A stretch of 64,000 nucleotides of DNA from Thermoproteota archaeon. Its GTDB lineage: Archaea > Korarchaeota > Korarchaeia > B14-G2. The notes under the pieces are model-generated. The model made no database searches and was not told the DNA's origin. It saw only the letters and a list, made by a program, of their open reading frames with translations. How positions within the stretch are numbered: the stretch's first letter is position 1; every line of letters begins with the position of its first letter. Shown in pieces: positions 37,589 through 47,310 of this stretch. The translations under genes and the position numbers were made by a program. The stretch spans positions 25,578-89,577 of the forward strand of contig JAVCBW010000013.1 in assembly GCA_037917675.1 (NCBI GenBank), in the 5' to 3' direction.

Positions 37589-38419
37589 ATGTCTACAACA
37601 GAAGCCCTAAAGCTGCTTGATAAGCTGACACTAGAAGCAATGCACCATCTCAGTAAGCTCCTTAAGAGCAGGAGCTCATATAAGGTAGTAGGCAGCGGTG
37701 CAAGTGGAGATAAGACTCTTGCATTCGATAAGGCAATTGAGGAGAAGATACTTCATGAGATAATCAGCAAGTACCCTGATGCTACAGTGATAAGCGAGGA
37801 AGCTGGTATCATAGGAAGCGGGAGCCCACCTTTCTTCATAGTAGACCCTGTAGACGGGTCTGCAAATGCCGAGAGGGGAGTTCCCTTCTATGCATGCTCT
37901 ATAGCAGTCTCCCACTCAAGGAGTCTTAGTGGAGTGCAGCTTGCTGTCGTGAGAGACCTTACACGAGGTACCCTCTATCATGCTATAGCTGGGCTCGGAG
38001 CATATAGGGATGGAGCTAGGATATCCACCAGAAGCCATGGAGGCAGCTCCCTATATTTCTCAGTCTACCTGGTAGGCAGGAGGAGCAGGTATGCTCGCAT
38101 GCTAAACCCACAGGCTTCAGCTTCAATAAGATCTTTTGGATCGATAGCGCTGGAGCTAGCTATGCTGGCTGAGGGGAAGATAGACGTAGTCGCAGACCTG
38201 AGAGGAGTAGCTAGGCCTGTGGACATAGCTGCTGGCGCCCTGATAGTCAAGGAAGCTGGAGGTATTGTAGTAGATGTTCGAGGTCACATGCTGGATGCCC
38301 CCTTAGACCCAAGGTACAAGCTTTCCTTCATTGCAGCTAAAGACAAGGTTTACCTCAGGAAGCTGAAGAAGGTGCTTGGAGTACAATCTCTACCTGACTA
38401 TGTCACTTGCCTTACATAG
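37589..38419 (+). CDS. suhB: Bifunctional inositol monophosphatase / FBPase
   Basis: GASGD...DKAIE, ISEEAG, IVDPVDGSAN, RSFGSIALE, DIAAGALIVKEAGG. Confidence 0.9.
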   Translation: MSTTEALKLLDKLTLEAMHHLSKLLKSRSSYKVVGSGASGDKTLAFDKAIEEKILHEIISKYPDATVISEEAGIIGSGSPPFFIVDPVDGSANAERGVPFYACSIAVSHSRSLSGVQLAVVRDLTRGTLYHAIAGLGAYRDGARISTRSHGGSSLYFSVYLVGRRSRYARMLNPQASASIRSFGSIALELAMLAEGKIDVVADLRGVARPVDIAAGALIVKEAGGIVVDVRGHMLDAPLDPRYKLSFIAAKDKVYLRKLKKVLGVQSLPDYVTCLT

Positions 38420-38917
38420 AGAGTAGAGCTCAACCCCCAGCTCTGACAGCTTCTCCTGAGCTCCCTCTTCTCTGTCAACCACCACAAAGCAGTAGTCGAC
38501 TGTAAGCCCCTCTTCCCTAACCCTCTTAACAGCTTCAGCTAAGCTTCCTCCTGTTGTCGCAACGTCATCTACTACCACAACATGCTTCCCTGGAGTGAAC
38601 TCTCCTTCTACAGCTTTCATGGTTCCATGCCTCTTTCTCTCCTTTCTAACCTGCAGAAACGGCAGTTTGAGCTTATAGGATACTAGGGAAGCTAGAGGAA
38701 CACCCCTCACTGGTATGCCAGCAATGTACTCAGGCAGCCCAATCTTCTTCATCTTCCATGCTGCAAGCGATGCTATGAGGTCAAACTCCACAGGGTGAGC
38801 TGGAAGGACTCCTAAGTCTATGTAGTAGCTGCTCTCCCTCCCACTTGTTAGCTTAAACTTCCCAAATAGTATGCATCCAGCAGACTTGAGCACTTCACAC
38901 ACTAAAGCTGCTTCCAT
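38390..38917 (-). CDS. pyrE: Orotate phosphoribosyltransferase
   Basis: FGKFKLTSGRESSYYIDL, VRKERKRHG, VVVDDVATTGGS, VVDREEGA. Confidence 0.95.
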   Translation of the reverse strand: MEAALVCEVLKSAGCILFGKFKLTSGRESSYYIDLGVLPAHPVEFDLIASLAAWKMKKIGLPEYIAGIPVRGVPLASLVSYKLKLPFLQVRKERKRHGTMKAVEGEFTPGKHVVVVDDVATTGGSLAEAVKRVREEGLTVDYCFVVVDREEGAQEKLSELGVELYSLCKASDIVR

Positions 38918-39704
38918 AGAGCGGCACCTTACACCCAGACCTATCTAGAGCTAGCTTATCAAGGTCACTTAGCTTAGAGAGAACCTCACCACTGAATACA
39001 GGGCCGTCAGCACATACTCTCATCGAGACTCCTCTCCCTTCAATCAAGCAAGCTCCACATATGCCTATTCCACACTTAATGTACCTTTCTAGTGAACACT
39101 CTACAGTAGCCCCGATGGCAGTACACAGCTCCACTATTTTTCTCAGCATGGCTTCGGGTCCACATGCGAAGACCGCTGTAGACTTAGATATGAACCTGCT
39201 AGCTGCTGTCACAGCATCTCCCTTAACTCCCATACTCCCATCCTCTGTAGATATGATTGTATCTCCAAGCTCATCCAGCAGCTGGACAAGTCTCTCTCCT
39301 ACTCTGCTTTTAAACCCAGCTATAAGCTTTGTTTCGAACCCCTCACGCCTCCTTTCCCTAACAAGGTAGACTAGAGGTGCTATGCCAACTCCCCCAGCTA
39401 CAGCAACAGCAGGCTTCTTAAGCCTATAACTGAACCCTCTTCCCAGAGGGCCTCTTACCCAGAGCTTTTCCCCAGCGTCCATGTTGCACAGGGCTCTAGT
39501 GGTCTTCCCGACAGCAGCTACGATGAGCGTCAGTTCTCCAGCAGAGTACCCTGCTATGCTCAATGGGATTTCTTCGAAACCAGGTGGCTGTACCATGACG
39601 AACTGCCCAGGATATGGTTCCTTGAGCTGGCATGAGACTCTCACCATGAATATGCCTCTAGACGCCTCAGTAGACTCTCTTAACTCCCCTATCACTCTAT
39701 ACAT
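38895..39704 (-). CDS. pyrK: Dihydroorotate dehydrogenase electron-transfer subunit
   Basis: PGQFVMV, RGPLGRGF, AGGVGIAPL, CGPEAM, KCGIGICGAC, VCADGPVF. Confidence 0.92.
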   Translation of the reverse strand: MYRVIGELRESTEASRGIFMVRVSCQLKEPYPGQFVMVQPPGFEEIPLSIAGYSAGELTLIVAAVGKTTRALCNMDAGEKLWVRGPLGRGFSYRLKKPAVAVAGGVGIAPLVYLVRERRREGFETKLIAGFKSRVGERLVQLLDELGDTIISTEDGSMGVKGDAVTAASRFISKSTAVFACGPEAMLRKIVELCTAIGATVECSLERYIKCGIGICGACLIEGRGVSMRVCADGPVFSGEVLSKLSDLDKLALDRSGCKVPLYGSSFSV

Positions 39705-39708
39705 GCTC

Positions 39709-40602
39709 TCACCTCTTATGTGCCAGCCCAACCATCTCACTGACACTCCTGAAGCCTTCAGCTCTCATATACCTAAGGATACCATCTGCTATCTCCTTCG
39801 CTACACCTATTCCATGCATCAGAGCTGTCCCTAATCCGACCGCGCTTGCTCCAGCTAACATGAGCTCTACAGCAGTCTTCCAGTCCACGACTCCTCCTAC
39901 TCCTATTATAGGTATGCTCACTCTCTCATAGATCTCATAAACACACCTCACAGCAATTGGGTGTATTGCTGCACCGGATAGCCCGCAGTAAATGCTCTCA
40001 AACATGGGCTTCTTAGACAGTAAGTCGATCTTTACTGCTCTAACGGTGTTTATTGCTGTTATCCCATCTGCACCAGCTTTCTCACAGGCTTCAGCAACTC
40101 TGCCTATCTCCTGGACGTTAGGCGATAGCTTGACGAAAAGCGGGACTGACAGTATGGACTTCAGGTCTCTAACTAGCCTCCTAACTTGATTCACGTCTGC
40201 GCCTAGCTCCAGGAGTCCTCCTGCATGAGGGCAAGACACGTTGAGTTCTATTGCATCTGCGCCAGCTTCTTCTGCCCTAGAGGCAACATACTCAGGGCTT
40301 TCGCTTCCTATGACACTCACTATAATCGGCTTCCTGCTGAGCCTCTTAAACTCTCTTATCACATGCTCAAAGTACTCTATTCCCGGGTTAGGTAGGCCCA
40401 CGGCATTCAAGAGCCCATATGGCAGCGGGCATACAACGGGGTTCAAGTATCCTTCTCTTCTTCTAGCACCTATGGACTTGGTGGTCACAGCACCCAGGTG
40501 CTCTGATACTCTCACCATGATCTCTGCCGTGATGCCTAGTATGCCTGCAGTCAAGATTAGAGGTGGCCTCAGCTTCAAGCCAGCTACATTAGCTTCCAGC
40601 AT
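39709..40602 (-). CDS. pyrD: Dihydroorotate dehydrogenase (family 1B) catalytic subunit
   Basis: TTKS, NAVGLPNPG, ELNVSCPH, VKLSPNV, AINT, GLSG, IPIIGVGG. Confidence 0.95.
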   Translation of the reverse strand: MLEANVAGLKLRPPLILTAGILGITAEIMVRVSEHLGAVTTKSIGARRREGYLNPVVCPLPYGLLNAVGLPNPGIEYFEHVIREFKRLSRKPIIVSVIGSESPEYVASRAEEAGADAIELNVSCPHAGGLLELGADVNQVRRLVRDLKSILSVPLFVKLSPNVQEIGRVAEACEKAGADGITAINTVRAVKIDLLSKKPMFESIYCGLSGAAIHPIAVRCVYEIYERVSIPIIGVGGVVDWKTAVELMLAGASAVGLGTALMHGIGVAKEIADGILRYMRAEGFRSVSEMVGLAHKR

Positions 40603-40622
40603 GAGCCCTCCAGGCAGGGCTC

Positions 40623-40640
40623 CAGCTTTTTAAAAAGCTG
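40623..40640. promoter_or_regulatory. Perfect 18-bp palindrome CAGCTTTTTAAAAAGCTG, a probable bidirectional TATA box
   Basis: Centred about 30 nt from both divergent starts (pyrD 40602 and aminotransferase 40663). Confidence 0.6.
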
Positions 40641-40662
40641 CCACCAACCACCTGGTGGTCTG

Positions 40663-41793
40663 TTGAAGAGGTTCATTCCAATTAACAGACCTATGTTAGG
40701 TGAAGAGGAGATACAGGAGGTCAGGAGAGTCATCAAGTCAGGTATACTCACATCATGGCATGGTAGTGGCCCGGTCACAGAGAAGTTTGAGGAGGCTTTT
40801 GCAGAGTACACTGGTGTAAAGCATGCGATAGCAGTCAGCTCAGGTACTGCAGCCCTGCAGGCTGCGCTTGCTGCACTAGATCTGAAGCCTGGCGACGAGG
40901 TTATAGTACCTCCTTTCAGTTTTGTCGCGACAGCAAACGCCGTGTTACTCCAAGGGGCTAAGCCTAAGTTCGTCGACATAGAGCCTAAGACAATGAATCT
41001 AGACCCAGAGAAGCTGAATGAAGCCATAGATGATAGAGTGAAGGCTATTATCCCAGTTCACGTCTATGGCCACCCTGCTGACATGAAGCCCATAATGGAG
41101 ATAGCTGAGGATAAGGGGATAGCTGTCATAGAGGATGCAGCTGAAGCTCATGGAGCAACATACATGGGAAAGAAAGCTGGTGCCATAGGCCACATAGCTG
41201 CCTTTAGCTTCTATGCTACCAAGAACATGACTACAGGAGGAGAGGGTGGGATGGTCACAACAGATGACGACGAGTTAGCGAGAAGAGCTCGCCTATATAG
41301 AGCTCACGGCCAAGAGGAAGCCTATCACATGGTAGCTCTCGGCACAAACTGCAGAATGATGGAGATAGCTGCCGCAATAGGCATAGTTCAGCTCAGAAAG
41401 CTAGAGTCGTTCATAGAAGCCAGAAGAAAGAACGCCCAGCAGCTGACAAGTCTTCTATCTTCCATAAGGGGCTTAGAGCATCCCAGCGAGGCCCCATATG
41501 TGAGACATGTCTATTACCTGTACACTGTTAAGGTCAAGGAAAGCTTCCCTCTAAGCAGAGACGAGCTTAGCAAGAGGCTACATGAAGCTGGCATAGGCAC
41601 ATCAGTAAGCTGGCCAACTCCAATACACCTGCAGCCATACTATAAGAAAGCTTTCGGGTACAGAGGTGGAGAGTATCCTGTGTCTGAGCAGGCTGCAAGA
41701 GAGGTGCTCTCTCTTCCCGTCCACCCTGCAGTCACGCGAGATGACATAAAGTTCATAGCTGAGACTATAAGAGAGCTAGCTAAGAGCTGCTAG
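40663..41793 (+). CDS. DegT/DnrJ/EryC1/StrS PLP-dependent aminotransferase
   Basis: AVSSGTAAL, IIPVHVYGHPADM, IEDAAEAHGA, FSFYATKNMTTGGEGGM. Confidence 0.95.
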   Translation: MKRFIPINRPMLGEEEIQEVRRVIKSGILTSWHGSGPVTEKFEEAFAEYTGVKHAIAVSSGTAALQAALAALDLKPGDEVIVPPFSFVATANAVLLQGAKPKFVDIEPKTMNLDPEKLNEAIDDRVKAIIPVHVYGHPADMKPIMEIAEDKGIAVIEDAAEAHGATYMGKKAGAIGHIAAFSFYATKNMTTGGEGGMVTTDDDELARRARLYRAHGQEEAYHMVALGTNCRMMEIAAAIGIVQLRKLESFIEARRKNAQQLTSLLSSIRGLEHPSEAPYVRHVYYLYTVKVKESFPLSRDELSKRLHEAGIGTSVSWPTPIHLQPYYKKAFGYRGGEYPVSEQAAREVLSLPVHPAVTRDDIKFIAETIRELAKSC

Positions 41794-43058
41794 AGCTCTT
41801 CAGCTAGCATTCTGATGATCTCCTCGTCGCTTCTGCTTTCTCCCTGTAGCTCCAGGAAAGGCCTAAGCGTGATCTCCTCCCAATCCATCCTAGTAGCTGT
41901 CCCCCCAGACTCTATTCCTCCAATTGCAGCTGGAAGAACAACTTCAGCAAATCTGGCAGTCAGTGTAAGCTGGTAGTCTATAGATATGATTCGGCTTTTC
42001 CTCAGCTGTGCTACAGCTTGCCTAGGCATGCTTGCCAGTGGGTCCGAGCCTATGACAAGCACGACATCAAACTCTCCTCTAGATAGCCTCCTGATAGCTA
42101 TCTGATCACTGAAATGGGGCTCTTCTTCAGAGAAATCTATGGCATAAGGATACCCTGTCGCCTTTAATGCCTGCTCTACTGCTCCAACCATATTATAGTG
42201 TCCAGACATAGGCATGGCAGTAGCCTTTATACCAGCACCATTAAGGGCATCAATCAGGTTATACAGCTCCTCTACACTATCTCTCCTTCCAGAGGAGTAT
42301 AAGCCGAGCCCATAGAAGACCACCACGTAAGTAGACTTCTTGAGGCTATCGATGAAGCTGTAAAACTCCTCCTCTGGCACCCCTACCTCAGAGAGCTTGC
42401 CTCTGGACCCTGTGAGCTCACCAGCTATCAACTTAGCAAGCATAGCGTCCTTACCAGGCTGCACTATAAGCCTGTGGTTAGCTATCCTCATTGTTCTCGT
42501 AGCTCTAACATCTATCACAGTAACAATCCTGCTCTCAACCCCCTCTGGTGTCCTTTCTCCTCTAGGGAAGACAGCAAACCTGCTGGCATGTCTATGATGG
42601 CTTTCTGCCGGGTTGCACCCCCAGTATATCACGTGGTCTGCCTTATCTAGTACCTCACTGAGCTTCGGGGGTCTGACTCCCTTCACCTTAGCATACCAAA
42701 TGGAGTAGCCATGGCAGACGGACATTGGACCATCAAAGAACCCGCTAATCGCTCCTGCTAGCTCAACTCCGGCTTTCACAGCCTCATTGGCGCTGTTACA
42801 CCACCCGTAGAGGAGAGGCCTCTTAGAATTCTTGAGCATTTCAGTAGCATGCTCAACCGCTGCCTCCAGGCTACAGCTCTTCCCACCTACCCGTGGACTG
42901 AGTACCCTCTCTGGTCCTAAAGCCGACTCCACTTTTTTAGCTCCAAGTGAGCAGGCATGAAGCACTCTCGCTATCTTGTTCCTCTCAAATTCAACGACAA
43001 TGTCATCACATAGCAGGGAACAGCCAGTACACACTACTTCAGCCTTCATCGCTGGCAC
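41790..43058 (-). CDS. fwdB: Formylmethanofuran dehydrogenase subunit B (Mo/W-pterin, Cys ligand)
   Basis: CTGCSLLCDDI...C, PLLYGW, SVCHG, YWGCNPAESHHRHASRF, MSGHYNMVG, GIESGGTATRMD. Confidence 0.9.
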   Translation of the reverse strand: MPAMKAEVVCTGCSLLCDDIVVEFERNKIARVLHACSLGAKKVESALGPERVLSPRVGGKSCSLEAAVEHATEMLKNSKRPLLYGWCNSANEAVKAGVELAGAISGFFDGPMSVCHGYSIWYAKVKGVRPPKLSEVLDKADHVIYWGCNPAESHHRHASRFAVFPRGERTPEGVESRIVTVIDVRATRTMRIANHRLIVQPGKDAMLAKLIAGELTGSRGKLSEVGVPEEEFYSFIDSLKKSTYVVVFYGLGLYSSGRRDSVEELYNLIDALNGAGIKATAMPMSGHYNMVGAVEQALKATGYPYAIDFSEEEPHFSDQIAIRRLSRGEFDVVLVIGSDPLASMPRQAVAQLRKSRIISIDYQLTLTARFAEVVLPAAIGGIESGGTATRMDWEEITLRPFLELQGESRSDEEIIRMLAEEL

Positions 43059-43514
43059 CTAGTATATCTCAATAGCCTTGCTGTAACAGTACTGCTCACA
43101 TAGCCTACAGTTTATCCTGTCTGGTGGAAACCTCCTACACTTCTCTAGGTTAATGATCTTGGCTACACCATTCTCAACCATGAACACTACCTCCCCTGAG
43201 CTAGCTCCTCTCCCTCTTGCTGTTCCAGAGTCAACTGAGGCATTAGCTGGACAGACTACAACACAGTTGCCGCATCCAGTGCACTTATCTTCATCTAGCT
43301 TGAGTCCAGTCTCATAGGCTTCCATCACAGGCTTAAGTAGCTCCCTCAGCTTAGCTAGGTTCTCAGCATACCTGTCTTCAAGCAGCAGAAGACAATCCTC
43401 AAGCTTCACTTCTCTGAGTATGAGCTTTGTTGCAAACGCCAAGCAAGTGTGCCCGCATTTCTTGCAGTTAGTCTTGGGTAGGAGCTTGTAGACGTCCAAA
43501 GGGCTTAGAGACAT
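43059..43514 (-). CDS. fwdG: FwdG-like ferredoxin fused to an N-terminal FeS domain of the CdhE N-terminal type
   Basis: LLPKTNCKKCG.TCLAFA...C, then CTGCGNCVVVCPAN and CRLCEQYC; abuts fwdB. Confidence 0.7.
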   Translation of the reverse strand: MSLSPLDVYKLLPKTNCKKCGHTCLAFATKLILREVKLEDCLLLLEDRYAENLAKLRELLKPVMEAYETGLKLDEDKCTGCGNCVVVCPANASVDSGTARGRGASSGEVVFMVENGVAKIINLEKCRRFPPDRINCRLCEQYCYSKAIEIY

Positions 43515-43574
43515 GGGTGTGAAATCCGTGTGTTGGTTTCATAAACTTTACCTGCGTTTTTAGGCAGGGGGCTC

Positions 43575-45953
43575 TTGCCGAAAGTCGGGAGCGATACCTC
43601 ACCGATACTTCTCTTCATATGCCACTGTGGCACTAATATAGCTGGCACCATCGATATAGACTACCTTATAAAGAGGTTTTCAGACGATGGGATAGCCTGC
43701 TTTGATGAGCTTCACCTGTGTAGCGACGAGGGGCTAAGAAGCCTCAGGGAGAAGATAGCTGAGATAAAGCCTTCGAGAGTAGTCATAGCAGCATGTACAG
43801 AATACCTGCATGGAGAGCTTTTCAAGAAGACTGTCGAGGAGGCTGGCTTAAATAGCAGCTACCTTGCATTCGCAAACATTAGGGAGCAGTGCAGCTGGGT
43901 ACACTGGAGAGAGAAGGAGAAGGCTACTCTGAAGGCTGAAGATCTCATAAGGATGGCTATAGCATATGCTAAGCTATCTAAGAAGTCGAGGAAGCGTGAG
44001 ATAAATGTTGTAAGGAGGGCCCTCGTGATAGGCGGGGGTATCGCTGGGATAACAGCTGCACTGAAGCTTGCTGACTCAGGCATCGAGGTTGTGCTAGTTG
44101 AAAGAGAGGGCTTTATAGGAGGACACATGGCAAAGTGGGATAAGCTATTTCCAACATTTGATTGCAGCATATGCATTCTAGGCCCACTGATGTCCAGAGT
44201 AGCAAGCCATCCTAGTATCAAGCTCTACACCCTAAGCGAGGTCACATCTATAGAAGGCTCTCCAGGGAGATTTAAGGCTAGGATCAAGAGGAAGCCACGG
44301 TATATAGATCCAGAGAAGTGCAATGGATGCAACAGATGCATTGAAATATGTCCAGTTGAGGTTCTAAGCGAATACGAGTACCTGCTAGCAAAGAGGAAAG
44401 CTATCGTGAAGCCCTTCCCAGAAGCAGTCCCCATAGCTCCATATATAGATATAGAGAACTGCATAGGATGTAGGTCATGTATTGGTGTGTGTGAAAAGGA
44501 GGCTATAGACTTCAATGACATGGAAACTGAGCTAGAGGAGGAGGTTGGTGCAGTGATAGTGGCTACCGGGTTCAAGCCATTTGATCCAGCAAAGCTCGGA
44601 GAATATGGCTACGGGAAGTATCTCGATGTTATAACAGCACCAGAGCTGGAGAGGATGCTTAATCCTCTAGGTCCAACTGGAGGCGTTCTAAGGAAGATAT
44701 CTTCAGGTGAAAAGCCTAAGGTGGTATGTTTCATCCAGTGTGTGGGAAGCCGCTCTAGGAGAGAGAGTGAGCACCCCTACTGTAGCAGAGTGTGCTGCAT
44801 GTACGCGCTGAAGGAGGCAATGCAGATTAAAATGCAGAGCTCAGATACAGACGTCTACATCCTCTACATCGATCTGAGGGCTTTTGGAAAGGGATACGAG
44901 GAGCTATATGAGCAGGCAGCCAAGAGCGGAGTGAGGTTTATAAGGGGGAGAGCTTCGGCAGTGCTGAAGGACGAGGATAGCGGAAAGCTGATAGTGAGAG
45001 CTGAGGACACACTAAGCGGAAACCCCATAGAGCTGAAAGCTGACCTCATCGTGCTGAGTGTAGGACTTGAGCCACCTTCTGGAAGCACTAAGCTAGCTAG
45101 GCTCTTAGGGATACCGACAGATGAGAACGGATTCATGATGGAAGCTCACCCGAAGCTTCGCCCATCAGACTCGCCTGCATCAGGAATATTCCTAGCTGGG
45201 ACAGCACAGGGGCCAAAGGACATAGCTGACACAGTTGCTCATTCTGGGCTAGCTGCAGCTGGATGCCTAGCTTTCCTATCTTCAGAGAAGCTCATAATGG
45301 AGGTTACAGCTCCGGAGATAGATCCAGAGAAGTGCTTAGGGTGCTTCGTATGCGCCAGGATTGCATGTAGCTTCAGTGCGATAAGGAAGAAGAGAGACAG
45401 AGTGGTGGTAGACGAGCTGGCATGCAAGGGCTGTGGAGCTTGCGCGACAGTATGCCCAGCTAGAGCAATAAGCACTCCTGAGATCAGCGACGAGCAGGTC
45501 TACGCGATGATAGATGCTGTAACACAGAGGCCATCTGAGACTCCTCTCATAATAGGATTTGCATGCAAGTGGTGTGGATATGCTGCAGCAGACAATGCTG
45601 GAGTAAGGAGGATAGGCTACCCCACAAATGTCAGGCTGATAAAGGTTCCCTGCTCATCTAGAGTAGACCCACTTTTTGCCCTCTACGCTCTAATGAAGGG
45701 AGCTGATGGAGTCATCATAGTAGGGTGCAGGGAGGCAGACTGCCACTACATCTCAGGCTTCAGGAAAGCGAGAGAAAACGTCAGAAGGCTTAAAGAGCTC
45801 CTTAAGACAGTAGGCATCAGCGAGCAGCGGGTTGTAATAGAGAGTGTATCAACATCAGAGGGAGAGAAGTTAGCCAGAGTTCTAAGGGACTTCACAGCAA
45901 AGATATCCGAGATAGGGTCCATAGGAGCCGAATTCAAGGAGAAGGGGGTGTAA
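43575..45953 (+). CDS. hdrA: Second HdrA-MvhD fusion
   Basis: FICHCGTNIAG, GGGIAG, DKLFPTFDCSICIL, QCVGSR...CSRVCC, GPKDI; C-terminal FACKWCGYAAAD...VPCSSRV...GCREADCHY. Confidence 0.92.
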   Translation: MPKVGSDTSPILLFICHCGTNIAGTIDIDYLIKRFSDDGIACFDELHLCSDEGLRSLREKIAEIKPSRVVIAACTEYLHGELFKKTVEEAGLNSSYLAFANIREQCSWVHWREKEKATLKAEDLIRMAIAYAKLSKKSRKREINVVRRALVIGGGIAGITAALKLADSGIEVVLVEREGFIGGHMAKWDKLFPTFDCSICILGPLMSRVASHPSIKLYTLSEVTSIEGSPGRFKARIKRKPRYIDPEKCNGCNRCIEICPVEVLSEYEYLLAKRKAIVKPFPEAVPIAPYIDIENCIGCRSCIGVCEKEAIDFNDMETELEEEVGAVIVATGFKPFDPAKLGEYGYGKYLDVITAPELERMLNPLGPTGGVLRKISSGEKPKVVCFIQCVGSRSRRESEHPYCSRVCCMYALKEAMQIKMQSSDTDVYILYIDLRAFGKGYEELYEQAAKSGVRFIRGRASAVLKDEDSGKLIVRAEDTLSGNPIELKADLIVLSVGLEPPSGSTKLARLLGIPTDENGFMMEAHPKLRPSDSPASGIFLAGTAQGPKDIADTVAHSGLAAAGCLAFLSSEKLIMEVTAPEIDPEKCLGCFVCARIACSFSAIRKKRDRVVVDELACKGCGACATVCPARAISTPEISDEQVYAMIDAVTQRPSETPLIIGFACKWCGYAAADNAGVRRIGYPTNVRLIKVPCSSRVDPLFALYALMKGADGVIIVGCREADCHYISGFRKARENVRRLKELLKTVGISEQRVVIESVSTSEGEKLARVLRDFTAKISEIGSIGAEFKEKGV

Positions 45954-45954
45954 G

Positions 45955-47310
45955 TTGGCTGCTGAGGTCAGAAAGAGGTTTGAGAGATTCGGCGAGAAGC
46001 CTGAGGTCACATCTGAAGTAGTGGATACTACTCTAGTATACAGATGGAAGACCCCCCTAATGCTAAAGGAGCTGAAGTTCTCGATAAAAGACTGTGTGGG
46101 ATGTGATCTATGTCAGATATGCCCATGGGACGCCATATCTGAGGGACCCATAGTAGAGGCTGCAGCAGGCAGGATAAAGGACGCTCCCCTCATTATGATA
46201 GATGAAGACAAGTGCTGCTTCTGCGGGCTATGCGAGTCAGTATGCATATTCAACTCTATATCGCTCAAGATAAATGAGACACCAACCTCAAAGCTCTACT
46301 GCAGATTGAAGGGATATCATTCAATAGACAAAGAGAAGTGCATCCCCTGTCTCCTATGCAGTAAAATATGCCCTAGAGAAGCCATATCAGCGAGGGTAAA
46401 AGTCGAGAAAAAGGAGCTGCTTGTCAGGTACCTAAGTGAGGGAGAGGCTAAGGGCAAGATATCAATAGATGAAGACAAGTGCTGCTTCTGCGGGCTATGC
46501 GAGCTGCTATGCGATGCCATAAAGATATTCTGGAGCGAACCTAAACCTCCAGACTTCAAGCCAGCAATAACTATAAGAGTAAATGAGGAGAAGTGTGATT
46601 ATTGTGGGCTATGTGAGAAAATATGCCCAGTAGAGGCGATAAAAGTTACATGCAAGCAGGCTCCACCAAGAGAGATAGAAGAGCCTAGAATAGCCGGGGG
46701 AATAGAGATAGATGACTGGAAATGCGTTGACTGTGGCCTATGTGCAGCCAAGTGCCCAGTAGAAGCCCTCAGAGTAGAGAAACCCCTCAGAGGAGAGGTT
46801 AAGCTCAGGAGAATAGAGCGATGTGACCCCTCTGGCTGCCATAACTGCTTTAACATATGTCCTGTCAAAGCTATCTACCCAACTGGAGGAAAAGACAAGA
46901 TTGCAGTAGTAGATGACATCTGCATCTACTGTGGAGCCTGTGAGAACGCATGTCCAGAAGATGTCATAGAGGTCACCAGGCTAGAGTTCAACCTAGCATA
47001 TCCAGAGAGAACACCTCCATGGGCCCAAGGCAGGATTAAAGCAATTAACAGGCTAGTAGCTGGCGAGAAGCCTCTCCCCTCGCTGCTTGAGTCAAGGACT
47101 CTGTCACCATTGACTCCAGAATACTTCCAGCTGCCAGAAAAGCTGCCAAAGCCTCCTCCAGTACCACAAGCCGCGAGAGAAGAGGCCTTAAAGAGGCTTA
47201 AGCTCCTATATACATCGCTAACTGAAAGGAAGCTTAGGCTACTACTAGCATTCAGCGATGTAGAGGGTGCTGTAGAGGCCCTAGCTAAACGCCTGAAAAA
47301 AGCTCATTGA
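45955..47310 (+). CDS. fwdF: Polyferredoxin, FwdF-like (about eight [4Fe-4S] motifs)
   Basis: Eight CxxCxxCxxxC-type motifs; starts 1 nt after the hdrA stop. Confidence 0.8.
   Translation: MAAEVRKRFERFGEKPEVTSEVVDTTLVYRWKTPLMLKELKFSIKDCVGCDLCQICPWDAISEGPIVEAAAGRIKDAPLIMIDEDKCCFCGLCESVCIFNSISLKINETPTSKLYCRLKGYHSIDKEKCIPCLLCSKICPREAISARVKVEKKELLVRYLSEGEAKGKISIDEDKCCFCGLCELLCDAIKIFWSEPKPPDFKPAITIRVNEEKCDYCGLCEKICPVEAIKVTCKQAPPREIEEPRIAGGIEIDDWKCVDCGLCAAKCPVEALRVEKPLRGEVKLRRIERCDPSGCHNCFNICPVKAIYPTGGKDKIAVVDDICIYCGACENACPEDVIEVTRLEFNLAYPERTPPWAQGRIKAINRLVAGEKPLPSLLESRTLSPLTPEYFQLPEKLPKPPPVPQAAREEALKRLKLLYTSLTERKLRLLLAFSDVEGAVEALAKRLKKAH
46198..46503 (+). repeat. Exact 39-bp direct repeat inside fwdF (46198-46236 and 46465-46503)
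   Basis: ATAGATGAAGACAAGTGCTGCTTCTGCGGGCTATGCGAG occurs twice, encoding IDEDKCCFCGLCE. Confidence 0.9.
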
